Below are positions 21,484 to 34,524 of a DNA stretch of 64,000 bases, in pieces. The DNA lies in contig OZ316891.1 of assembly GCA_973895155.1 (NCBI GenBank), forward strand, positions 8,433,875 through 8,497,874, written 5' to 3'. A program made the translations under genes and the position numbers. Positions within the stretch are counted from its first letter, which is position 1, and each line of letters opens with the position of its first letter. The notes beneath the pieces are model-generated. The model had not been told where the DNA came from. It saw only the letters and a list, made by a program, of their open reading frames with translations, and made no database searches. Origin of the DNA: Marsupella aquatica. Lineage: Eukaryota; Plantae; Marchantiophyta.

Positions 21484-23528
21484 GTATCAATAAACAAAAG
21501 GAAGCCTCACTTGAAAGATTTCTCCAGCATACAAAGTTTCATGGCTAAAAATTAGTGGCATGGATAAGGAAACTAAACCAGCTGAAAATTAAAACAAATT
21601 GCACAGACTGCAATACCAAACACTTACAGTTTGTTTATGCCTCTATCCGCATTTCCTCTGGGTTGTACTTGCTTGTTATGTTCCATTCTTCCTTTGATAA
21701 TTTGTAAGAAAAGAGATTGTTATGGTTTTGTTTTTATTACAATCACGGGTCCATCAACTGTATTCTTGCCACCGTAGTGTCGAGGAAAAAGCTATTGAGA
21801 TCGGGCCGGCCAGGCATGACAGTGATGGAGTCAAACCTTGAAAACTATGTCTTGCTCACAATTTCTGTTGAAAACGTACAATGCAAGAAGGACCAACCGT
21901 AGAGAGACCGCCATGGTTCCTGATGGAAAGCAAACGTGCGGTCAAGTGCATTGATCTCTGATCTCAAAGCTTAACTTGCATCGTAAGCTTAAAAGCTTAA
22001 CTTACATCGTAAGCTTTGAGATGAATACACTCCTTAACTCCTGGACCACAAGGACCAAGTTGGAAATTTCTACCGCGTAAAGTATTTGGAGTCCAACTGA
22101 ACATCAAAGCTCTGGATCCATGTACACTCTCTCTAAGTGCACTTGTTAAGTACAAAACCTGGCTAACTGCAGTGCGTCCCATTGTTCCCCCTGTTTCAAG
22201 ACAATTTTGCAAAGAGCAAAGAGGGCTCTATTAAACGACAGATATGTAAGTGCGAACTCTTTATAAGAGTTTATGCACGCTTGTGTGTAGCACACAATTT
22301 GATAGATCCGACTCAACCGCATAAATTTAGATACTCTTGCTCACAGTTTTGCTAAACAACATTCAAGCTATAAGTTTGCTGAACTGATGATTGCAAGTTT
22401 TGGTTCATTCTCCGATTGACCATGTCCCTCCAGCCGACACTCCATCCCATTTTTTAGAGTTCTCTACAACGAAATGATGAAGGTTTAGGTCTTTAAGGGC
22501 CTTATTAGGCTTACATGGTAAATGGAACTAAGAATAGATTGCTCAATGCTAAAAACCAAAACAAACCTCAATTTCACTAGGCATGACATATTTTGTACAC
22601 ACCACCTCAAGATATTAGGGCACCTTTCTACCCAAAGGCTGTGCTTGGATTTCTAATTGCATAGATGAAGTAACTCTACTTTGAACGAGTGAAGTCTTTG
22701 CAAAGTGACTTGAAGTTCTTTGCAAAGTGACTTTGCAATATGCAAGGGCACTATTGCAGAATCCTGTTTTTCAAAGAGCATAGCTCTTGTTACAAGTAGT
22801 GCGGCATTCCCATAGATTTTGGTTTGTGTCTCTTTATACTGTAACAGGCACAAAGCAAGAGTGCTTCCTTGCCAGTACTGCAAACTGAAATGAATGTAAA
22901 CAGTTCATGGCAACATATTTTACCTTCACCGTCCATTTGCAACCCATTTCTATCATAATCAGGTGTCAAGACGTCCATGTCACAGTCCATGGGATTGTCA
23001 GGGACAACACCCCGGTCCATCCAGGCTTTGACTCTGCCCAGTGCACATTGAGACCGCGTGTTAAATGTACATCAGTCTTATAACCATAACATAAACCAAG
23101 ATACATGTCATTCAAATCACTTTGATTGTAGATTTGTTTATGTTCTGGTGGACAAGGGGCAATAACTTGACATAGATTTTACACATAGTCACATTGAGGG
23201 CGTAAATACAAGTTTCCCAACTGTTTGCACTTATGACGTAGTGCAAACCCTAGGTAAGTGCACACAGGGAGGTTTGATCTTGGGAGTGTGCACTTAGAGG
23301 GAGACGACGGTAAGGTGAACGTGGATTGTGTATTAGAACCCTCAAGACTCCCGTTGTTCTCGAAGAGATGGACTCTTCTGCGTGACATTCGGTAAACCCT
23401 CGTAACAATTCGTTGGGAGTTGCATTATTGATAGGTCTTGGAGCAGAAGAACTGAGAAGGCTGGCTGCTGCTCAGGAAGAGCGAGGCAGCGGCCGCAGAA
23501 CGAGCAACAGGAGAGAGGCTGGTTCGAG

Positions 23529-26500
23529 ATGGAGGAAGTGGTGGAAGGCAAGGACTACTCCTTCCCCAAGGAGGAGGAGAAAATCATGCAGTTCTGGGAG
23601 CGAGTGGATGCGTTCAAGACGCAGCTGAAATTGAGCGAGGGCCGCCCGGAGTACATCTTCTATGACGGCCCTCCCTTCGCTACCGGACTGCCGCATTATG
23701 GCCACATTCTAGCCGGCACCATCAAGGACGCCGTCACCAGGTTCCAGAGCGCTAACGGGTTTCATGTCACTCGCCGGTTCGGCTGGGACACTCATGGACT
23801 CCCCGTGGAGTACGAAATTGATCAGAAGCTCGGAATTCGGACTCGAGATCAGGTGCTGGCCATGGGAATTGATAAGTACAACGATGAATGTCTGGCAATT
23901 GTCATGCGCTACAGGGAGGAATGGAGGTCGGTTGTCTCCAGAGTGGGCCGCTGGATTGATTTTGATAATGACTACAAAACCCTGGATCCGGAGTACATGG
24001 AGAGTGTTTGGTGGGTTTTCAAAGAACTCCATAAGAAGGGTCTTATTTACCGAGGCTTTAAGGTAAACGTCCAGATTATCGCTTACACAGGAGTACTGCA
24101 CCTTTTGAAGGTCCACTTATCATGTTTTTGTGACTGGGTTTAGCCCTGTTGACGATTCTCTGGAGAGTGCATCGGTTGACGCAGAGGGGTTTATGAGCTG
24201 GATTCCGCGTGCAATTTTTTTCTTCCCTCTATTGGTTTTTTTAATGTAGATCGTGTAGATGATAAGGACTTCCTACCTGGATGGAGCTAGGTCGAGACCT
24301 GGGTTGCAATGTCTTTTCTGTGAGGCACATCAATCTGGTAGTTCATTTCTGTTACCCTAGGTTCAGCCATTAGTAGTGCAGACCATTTGGAAGATGAGAG
24401 AGTTAGATCTCCAAGTTAGCTTGTCTCTTCAACTCGCTGCGCACTTGCTGTGGCTTGTAAGTTTGTTAAAATCGTTCTACAATGCTTGTCCCATGGCCCA
24501 TTTTTGTCACCCTAGGTTTTACATAATTAATTCATTCATTGGCTAAATCTTGGAGGCTATATGTTGAAAGTATGATAAGAGCGTTGGAGGATCTGCGAAA
24601 GAACGATGCCCATTGATCCTATTTTACTTCATTGGGGTTTTTCAGGTGATGCCATACAGTACAGGTTGCAACACTGCAATCTCGAACTTCGAAGCTGGTC
24701 TCAACTTCAAGGTATTGGCTTTGACCTCATTAAGGTGTTGCGTCCCCATAAGATGGAGCTTATGCAGCTAAATTTACGGAAGTGTTTCCGTTTGGTGTCG
24801 AATTCGGCGTTCTGTAGAAGCTTCACTTTCCAGAGATTGAATTTGGTCTCTGATGCGCAGGATGTTTCGGATCCAGCAGTAATGGTAGCATTCCCTGTAG
24901 AGGGAGATGAGGACGGGGCAGCTTTAGTAGCGTGGACGACGACCCCGTGGACGCTGCCCAGCAATCTGGCTTTGTGTGTTAATGGAGACCTCACTTATGT
25001 AAAGGTGAGTGCTTGTTGTCATGTATTGCGGGGAACAACGCAATTTGGGAATCTAGGATAACATAAAGGGGTTGGTGAAGGACGAAATTATAGGGCTCTT
25101 GTTAGGCTCTTTTTTCTTCCATTGTTGTTGACATTTTTGTCTAGAGTCTGTGAACTTTGCGACACCTGTTTTCTGGTCCACCGATAACTTTTCGCTCAAC
25201 TCGGCCTGAGAATTCGTTTGTACAAATCTTTTCAGTATTTTCTGGTCCATCCGGTGATCTCTTATTTGCTGAACTACAGGTCAAGAGCAAAGCAACAGGG
25301 GCTGTATATATCGTAGCAGAGTCCCGACTATCTCAGCTCCCTAGTCCCAAGAAAGCGAAGACAGAGACTCCCAAGGCCGCAGGCGCGAAAAGCACTGAAA
25401 CAAATACTAAGGGACCAGCGAAGAAAGGAGATAAGAAAGGAGACAAAAAGGGTCACAAAGAGGAAGGAGTCCCTGCTGAAGTCGACACCAGCGCCTATGA
25501 TGTTTTGTCCAGATTCAAAGGGGTTGACCTTGTGGGCAAGAAGTGAGTAATAATGAACTTCTTTGATCGCCAACTTGAGCTTCTTTCATTGTCCCCACTA
25601 TCAGTCCAAAGGAAGTGCTTGAAGGAAATCGATTGGATGCCCCCAAGGCCTCAGAATTCATTTTGTTCCGGGTTGAACTATCTCTGATGGGAATATCTTG
25701 TTGATGTGGGCAGGTATACACCTCTGTTTGATTATTATCTCTCGTACTCAAAGGAGGCTTTCAGGGTTGTGGCAGATAGTTATGTCACAGATGATGCTGG
25801 TACTGGAGTTGTCCACCAGGCTCCTGCTTTTGGGGAGGATGATTATCGTGTTACCTTAGCCGCCGGTATCATACAAAAGGTGGCCAACTGTCCATTTTCA
25901 TCTTCGAGGTGCAGGTTGCGTCTTTCATTGTCATAAATTGACTGTTATGTTCATCTGCTATGTTTCAGGGTGCAGAGCTCCCCAATCCAGTTGATGGAAG
26001 TGGGCTTTTCACAGAGAATATCACCGAATTCAAGGGCCGTTATGTTAAGGAGGCCGATAAAGACATCATAGCCATGGTCAAGGTACTTCATTTCCATTTC
26101 CTTTCACCTTCCCACGCATGCTTACATGAAGTTTAATCTCTGATGCTGTGATACTGGTTTACGGTTCCTGACATGGCAAATGGGTAAGCTCGTTCGCCGT
26201 TCACAATCCTGGATGTTTTCGTTGTACAAGTTGGCTCGTATGATTGTTTCTAAGCCATGGAATGGCAGGCTAAAGGGAGGTTAGTGAGCTCAGGCAGCAT
26301 TATGCATTCCTACCCGTTCTGCTGGCGGTCTGATACTCCTCTGCTTTACAAGGCTGTTCCTAGTTGGTGAGTTAATCTTCTTCACTTGAACAGTACACAG
26401 GCGTAGGTTCTCTTCACTTGTAGCCATGCAGAGTAGACTTACGTTTCTCTTGCAGTTTTCCTTTTTCTGCTTATCGTCCAGGGATTCACCGTTGACTGAT

Positions 26501-29500
26501 CCGCTGACTTGTCTTGAAGGTTTGTAGCAGTCGAAACATTCAAAGATAAGCTAGTGGAGAACAACAAACTGACTTATTGGGTCCCAGATAATGTGAAAGT
26601 AAGAAAATTAATACCTGCGTCCTACGTTTTGGCCTGTTTGTCATGTGCACGTTGTTTTTGTGTGATGTCATTCTGTTATGCTCAAAAGCTTTGAAGACTT
26701 GCCACGAGTGCAGTTAGAGCAATCTGATTGACTACCAACAAATTAGTAAGAGTTTGTTTTTTAACTTTTCAGGAGAAGCGTTTTCACAACTGGCTGGAGA
26801 ATGCACGAGATTGGGCAATTAGTCGCAGCCGATTTTGGGGGACACCATTACCAATTTGGATGAGTGAGGATGAGGAGGAGATGGTCGTCATTGGGTCAGT
26901 GAAGGAGCTCGAGGAGCTCTCTGGATTCAAGGTTTGACTTGCATTCTCTGTCCACAAAGCAATCATCCTCTTCTGCATTGTAGTGTGGTTCTCACAGAAA
27001 GGAGGAGGACGTACCTATCCCTCTTTGACTCGCACGGTTTGTAACATGCTAGTGTAAAATAATCAGAAATTCAGCTGTGATTGTTGCTGGGGGTGACTTT
27101 CAAACATTGATTGAGAGAGGTTGGCCTAGTGAGTTAACCGACCAGATATGGAAGAGATATCAAAGCTTCTAATTTGAGATTCGATTGTCAATTACACAGG
27201 CAACAAATCTACATCGACAATATATTGATCATGTCACCATTCCTTCGAAGCGAGGCCCACAATACGGGGTTCTGAAGCGAATTGAAGATGTGAGTATCAA
27301 GTGCTCTGGAGTATTGCAGATTTCGCTATTGTTTCCATTGCTTTACCAGCCCATCTCAATGAACCATGTGACAACCGCTTGGATAATTTCATGATAGAAA
27401 AATTTGACAATTTGACGACCTCTAATTTAATGTAACGGTCTTGTAGGTGTTTGACTGCTGGTTTGAGAGTGGTTCTATGCCATATGGTCAGATACATTAT
27501 CCGTTTGAAAATCAAGATTTATTCGAAAAGAATTTCCCCGGAGATTTTGTTGCCGAGGGTCTCGATCAGACTCGTGGATGGTGGGCTATTTTACCCTTTC
27601 TTGCCACATCGTTTTATACTTGCTAGATAGACCGTGAGACCAATTAATGTGCAAAGCTGGTAGCTCCATATCATTCTATTGGATCCAGTCCGTTGAATGC
27701 TGCATTGCAACCATCAGTCTGTATGGCTTCCAGGACCAGTTTCAAGGATGCTACGTGTTTCCCTCTTTTCAGGTTTTATACTCTGATGGTGTTATCAACC
27801 GCATTATTTGACAAGCCTGCATTCAAAAACTTGGTGTGTAATGGCCTGGTTCTGGCTGAAGATGGAAAGAAAATGTCAAAACGGCTGCGGAATTATCCAG
27901 CCGTGAGTGAAGTGGTCAATGAATATGGTGCTGTAAGTATCACCTCACTTTAGGTTTTAAGTAAATATTTATTATTTTTGCCCTGAGCTTTTTTTTCTTT
28001 TTTCCTCTCATATGGATTCAAGACTCCATCAGGGTTCGGTTGAACTGTGTTCCACACTAAATGATCTTCAATAGCAGAATTTCAAACTTTTCTTGACTTT
28101 TGTGATGAAATCAGTTTCGAGAACCTTCGTTCACGAAGTAGATTAATAGTTTAAATTATCTATATGTGGAACTTTAGGAATCTTTATCAACTATTGTACA
28201 TTCATTCCCTACTGTAATGAGTGGATCTTGAATGGATTACTGGAGGACTGATACAAAGCTGGATCCTTCTGCGATGGACGCAAGTTTTTCTGTTCATGTT
28301 ATCTCCGTGGCATGCGCAGGATGCGTTGAGATTGTACATGATCAATTCGCCAGTTGTACGAGGAGAACCTTTGCGGTTCAGGAAAGAGGGTGTGTTTGCG
28401 GTGGTAAGCTCAGACTCTTGACATTGGATCTGCGTAGTTTGGTGGGTTACCTTTGTTTATATATTTATGTGAGGTGTCACACCTTCACTCAATGGTATTA
28501 GTTTCCGTACAGAAGGGCATGAAATTGTCTGTTTTGGCCTCTTGATCAAAGATATTTCTGTTAAACTTGGTCTCTTCATCAGCGTTTGATGGTAGGATTA
28601 GATCTCAGAAGAATGACTTCGGATCACCAAGTCAGGAATCTTAACACTGTCTTGTAAATGATATGCAGGTGAAGGATGTCTTTCTACCGTGGTACAATGC
28701 CTACCGGTTTTTGGTTCAAAATGCTTTGAGGCTGCAAGCAGAAGGTCTCGCACAGTTTATTCCTCTGGAGCAAAGTTCTCTTCAAACGTCGACCAATGTT
28801 CTCGACAGATGGATCAATTCTGCCAGTCAGAGCTTGGTAAAATTTGTGCGGCACGAAATGGAAGCATATAGACTCTACACTGTACGTATCTCTTGATCTT
28901 CTTCTCAGGCTGCAGAGTCTTATGACTTCGGTTTTCCTCTACAAAACTGGGTGCGGGGAAGCCTTTTGTTGTGCAATTGAACAGATAGACGATTACAGTA
29001 GAAGGGGGAGTTCACGTCACTGCCACTTTTTATGAGGTCAATTGTGATTTCCGAGTGGCGTTTTATTTTTCAGGTTGTGCCCTATCTGCTGAAATTTATT
29101 GATAGTCTGACAAACATTTATGTGCGGTTCAATCGGAAAAGACTGAAAGGTCGCACGGGCGAGGAGGACAGCCGTGTTGCACTCTCGACCCTATACTATG
29201 TATGGTCAGCTTATCCCTTCCAAGACTAGTTGAATATTTTTGGTGCTTGCTACTACCATTATCTCTGCTGATCCCTTATGAAGTCCATCATTTGGATTTA
29301 TTTGAGAGCTGGATCGTTTTTTGACAACATACCTGCCGTAGTTCACTATGGCCTGTTGAAGTTGGAAGGATTTGTACCATCTGCACATGATTACTCTTGA
29401 AATGGAAGTGTTGGATGAAATTGGCAAACTCGACCTTAATATCCATTTGTCTGCGACTCGTACTAAGACTTGCTCCTCTCTGCGCCTCAGGTGTTGCTTA

Positions 29501-32500
29501 CCGCATGCAAGGCAATGGTTCCATTTACCCCTTTCTTCACAGAAGCCCTATATCAAAATCTACGGAAAGTTATCCCATCAGCAGAAGAGAGTATCCACTA
29601 CTGTGCTTTCCCTGAGGTTCAGGGGGAGGTAAATCTTCTACTTCGACCTCTTTGTTGTTGGATGCGGAATGTTATGATATCCACCATCCAGTTGTTTCCT
29701 CGTATTAAGAAATGCCCTGCACCCTTGTGGAAACTTTTAGAAGCAGGAGTGGTGGGTACTGATTGAATGCTTGTGGATGACGTGTAACTCAGACCGACGA
29801 GCGTATTGAGCAAAGTGTAGCACGTATGATGACAGTCATTGACTTGGCACGAAATATCCGTGAGAGGCGCAATAAACCTCTGAAGACTCCACTTTTGTAA
29901 GGATGTGCAATTCATGTCTTGTAAATTGCTCTGATTTACGCGGACGAGTAGACCAAGGTACTAATTTAGCGTCATGGTGTCGCAGAGAAATGGTCGTGGT
30001 CCATCCTGACAAAGACTTCCTTGATGACATTTCCGGCAAGTTAGGAGAGGTGGGTTGCCTACTCTTGTCTTTAGCAAGGGAAGGCCTTCAAATTGTTTAT
30101 TGTTCTTTCTCTCGCACTTATCATGCCTTTGGAACAGTAGAATAAATGTGATCTTCGACCTGGAGATCAGGATCTCTTTGAGACTTCTGGAGGAAGAGGT
30201 TAATAAATCTTCGACAGGAGAACTAGAAGCTTTGTTCGTGCAAGACGTTTGCTGAGGCAACTATCTGTTATGACTACTTTGCAGTATGTCCAAGAGGAGC
30301 TCAACGTCAGGGGCATTGTAGCTTGCAATGATCCTCTGAAGTATGCATGCCTGCGCGCGGAGCCTGATTTCAGGTATAGGATGTGTTTCATTGACAGGCA
30401 TTGAGGTCTTTCCCAAAGTGTTACTTTTTGTTGACCTATCAAGGGAAAGTAGAAAAGATGCGAAGTTGATCATGAGTGAAGCACCTTTTAGAGTTTTTGG
30501 AAACCTCATCCCTATAGATATGAATTACTGTTCCTGCTTGCGTGACTGATGTAGCTGATGCTGTGCCTTGTGAAGCATCGTCTTCACAAGCTTCGTCGTC
30601 TCATTGAAATTATTTATAGTTGTGCGATTCTGGTCAAATCGCTATTTTGGACACACCCTGTTGCTACTCATGACTTGCTAACTTAGCTCTAGCTATATTT
30701 TCTGGTGGTACTGTAGCAATATACAAGCCAGGTCTAAACTACAAGATCCTTCTGCTGAGTTTGAAACTGTATTGGTTTGACTGAAGACTTGTTTTGTTGG
30801 TGATAAACAGTGTTCTGGGGAAGAGATTAGGGAGAGCGATGGGCCTTGTAACAAAGGAGGTGAAAAATCTGGGGCAAAAGGAGATTTTGGCATTTCAGAA
30901 ATCTGGAACCATTACCATCGCTGGCCATGTGTTAACAGCGGGAGACATTAAGGTAATTTAGAGACATGCTGGCTGTGTGCATTTGTTTCATTTAACCTAA
31001 AGGTCCCAAAATTATGCATACCGGTAAATTCAAATTGACCTGGTTTTTAATTGTGATGGGTTTACTTCACTGGACCAGGTTGTTCGAGAATTTAAAGCAC
31101 CTGAAGGATTCAACAACGACGAAATTGATGCTGGTGGTGATGGTAAGTCCGGAACGACTGAGATGGAATGGCTTGTCTTGTCTCTGGACATTCTTCACGG
31201 GGCACACTTGACAATTGCATTTTGCTAGTTGCGTTAAAATTTTATGAAGTCAAGCTGAATTAGAATATATTAGTACCCAATGCAATTGCTCTTGTTGTAT
31301 AAGAATTGCAATGATTTGGTCCTTGCATTACAGGTGATGTTCTTGTTGTCTTGGATCTGCGACCTGATGACAGTCTGCAAGAAGCAGGTGCTGCACGTGA
31401 GGTGCGTACTGCATTGAGTTATCTTTACCTCATTGCGTGCAAGTAGGAGAACCTTAGCGTGTGGGCTTTATTAGCGTATGAGCTTAAACTGAATCTTATT
31501 TGAGAGATGGAGTTGGAAGTCTGGGTTAATTTGAGGACTGTAGAGAGATCAAAACGGAAATTCTCAATTTACCGATCCCCTCGATTTCTGCTGCCAGATT
31601 GTGAATAGGGTGCAGAAGCTTCGTAAGAGGTCTGGGCTGGAGCCAACAGACTCGGTAGAGGTATATTATGAGCTCGCTGGAAACAAGGGTGATAACATCA
31701 CTTTGGAGAAGATTTTCAGATCTCAGGTAAAACATTAAAGAAGGAGCTCCACAAGAAGAGTTCATCAGGGTTTTTAGGTTTTCGTTACAGAAATTTTCGT
31801 GAGGACCTGTACATCATAGTTGTTGTGTCTGTTCCTTTGCTGGATTTGGTTTGGTACTGGGCATGGTTTGAATTGACGAAGTATTTGTTTACACATCACT
31901 ATACAGGCCTCATACATTAAGGAGTGCGTTGGGTCACATGTTTTACCAAATGAGAAGCTTCCTTCACATGCGGTAAGCAAAACAGTGCACCAACACTCTG
32001 GTGACATAGTCCGGACTGGTCGCACTTGTTTAACCGTACTATGTGCATGATACATGTCGACAATAAATTTTTTAGATAGCTGACCGAAGACATTTTGGAG
32101 TGGGAAACTTATCGTATAGTTTGCGAGAGCAGCTTTAAGCTCGCTTTCGCTTTTGGGATGGAAGTATTTATCTTATGTTTTCTTTGTTATGTTCGCCAGG
32201 TGGTAATCGCATTTGAGCAGTTCAGTGGAGTTGCTGGAGGCAGTTTTAAGATTACTCTCGCCAGACCTGCGGTGTCATTTGCATCGGACTTGCTAGTAGA
32301 GCTGTGCTCAGGTACCAAATCTCGCTGGGCATGTTTCTTGTTAAAGTCTCTAGTTGCTATCAGAAAAACCTCTACATTCCCTGGGTACCTATGTACCTAT
32401 GACAAGTGGAAAAGGGCCAACCTCTGTATAAAATTTGACTGAGATCAATGTGATGTCACAGGTAACAAAGAGCATGCAGAGAATATATCTGTGGTTCTCT

Positions 32501-32853
32501 TGTCTCGAGAACCAGCAGCATTGAAATCCTCTTCCACGGTACTATCATGGCTATCTTGATCAGTTTGATTTTTGGATTTCTTTTGGTTGAAGTTGCTTTG
32601 CTGGAAGTGCCCAAGCAATAATATTGAGCCCTTGATGGCAACCTGTCACAATGTTTAAAGGGAGCACGTGAAGAGCAATTTTCTGAAGGAGTGACTGATA
32701 GACTCGCTTGCTTATTGGTGTGGCCTTAATTGATATGGAACATTTCATCTTACGCAGGTGAAAGTAACGATAGATGGGCAAGGAGAGTACGAAGTTGTTC
32801 CAGGAAAGCACTTTTTCCATTCAGTGGGAGAGCATTTGCAAAAAACAACCTGA
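23529..32853 (+). CDS. IARS1: Isoleucyl-tRNA synthetase, cytosolic (eukaryote-type), >20 exons
   Basis: [15 protein letters not shown] (HIGH), [48 protein letters not shown] (KMSKS). Last exon 32758-32853 ends HLQKTT*. Confidence 0.96.
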
Positions 32854-34524
32854 AGGGTTACAGATGTACATGCATTAATTTATTTCGAATATTCTTTACG
32901 GGGCCTTGTGGATATTTTCTTCAAAGCCATCTCCCACCTCCCTCGCCTGGAGTTGTCTTAATGGCTACAGAGTAAGGAGTGATTAAGGATGCCCGATCGG
33001 GTGAAGTTCTCTCCCGAATCCTGAGGGAGTCAATATCATTGGGACAATTTTGTATGCTGGACCAGAATTGGCTGGCTGAGTTTGATAGGCAAATTCGGAA
33101 GCTGGATGCTGTTGACTAGACGATAGATCTAGTCTACCCCCGACAGCCGAGTTGGTGGCTGGATAACTGCCACCTCGACGGAGGTAATTGCAGGCTGGAT
33201 TAGACTGGACAGTGAACTTGCTCGACTGTATTTGAGAGCCGACTTCAATAAAGTAAAAGCAAGACTATTCAAGTTTTAGTTCATGTCTAACGTGGACTCT
33301 CCACTAGATTCGAAGGATGCTAGTTATCGGAAGTTGTCTATCGTTAATACAGGAGTCGCCCTCTGATTTTTCCCGATGATGTTGAGGCTACTATCACAAA
33401 GAAGCTGCTGTCCCGTACATCGGAATGAGGAAGAAAGACTCGTGACAGGTTATTGTCTGATTGCATGTATCTTAATTTTGAAAATGTGGACTTGAATCAA
33501 CCTCCATGAAAAACGTAGAACTATCAACCACTTCAAGAAGCCCCCCTGCTAGTTCTGGGGCTGACTTGTGGCTTTCTGACCAACAACATTCCCTCTGTGC
33601 CCTGTCTTGCTCTCTGTGCATCCATGCAAGCAAACAGTTGCAGTATGCCTGTTGTTGCACCGTCATGAGTATCACGGTACACACTATTATGGCGGGGGTA
33701 TGCCTTCCCTATGATCGTATGATCACAACTACAATCATGCAACAAACAACCTTGGGCTAGTCACTAATAATACTTAACCATCCCAAGTCAAGAGTCCACT
33801 CCTGCAAAGAATCAATGTCCCAGCTAGATTGTTTGCCGCTTTTTCCTTTACTCGATTGGATTCTAAGCTCACTACAACACAAGTTGGACACAAACACATC
33901 TCCTATTTCAGCTTCCTGAACTTCTCTAGCCAGAGCTTCTTGTCAATATAATCCACTGTTCGAACTTCCTGAACTTAGGTAGCTATAGCCACAGTAAAAT
34001 CAATAGTCCCTACAAGTGGTATTGAAAATTCTAAAATCTGATTAGTTTCTAAAATTCTTAAGGTTTCAAAAGTACATCAACGAGAAGTTTAAGATTAAGC
34101 CCATCAAAAATAAACATACCTCTTCAAATCTAGTGGAGGGTTCACGTTAACTAAAATATCTACAGCTCAGGCTGTATCAACGGAATCAGCTTGATGCGTT
34201 CGACTTAAGTGAAAGTTTCTTAGTAAAAGTCTCTTCATCACTCCTGACCGTAGAAGGTATCCATGAGGTGCTGCTCATCAATCTCTGAAAAGTAAACTAT
34301 ACAAACTTCTTCTTGATTTGGATTCTAAATGTTTCATGAAACAGAAGTGCTTGGTCTAGCGGGTGCCTTCTGAACCGTAATCCTTTGGGAATTCCAGGGG
34401 AAATCCTGTCTAAATGCGATCTTCAGTCATTTGCGGTAGCCCCAAGCTTAACCAACACTAGTCCCTGGAATGGTCCCCTAGGTGTACTAGGAATTTCTTC
34501 CAAAATATTTGTCTACAGCTCCTG

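Noticed and set aside
22653-23388. Short minus-strand ORFs upstream of IleRS
   Set aside because: No domain evidence; likely non-coding.
25330-25480. Lys-rich insertion in the IleRS editing region
   Set aside because: Variable low-complexity insertions at this position are, as I recall, usual in plant cytosolic IleRS; not novel.
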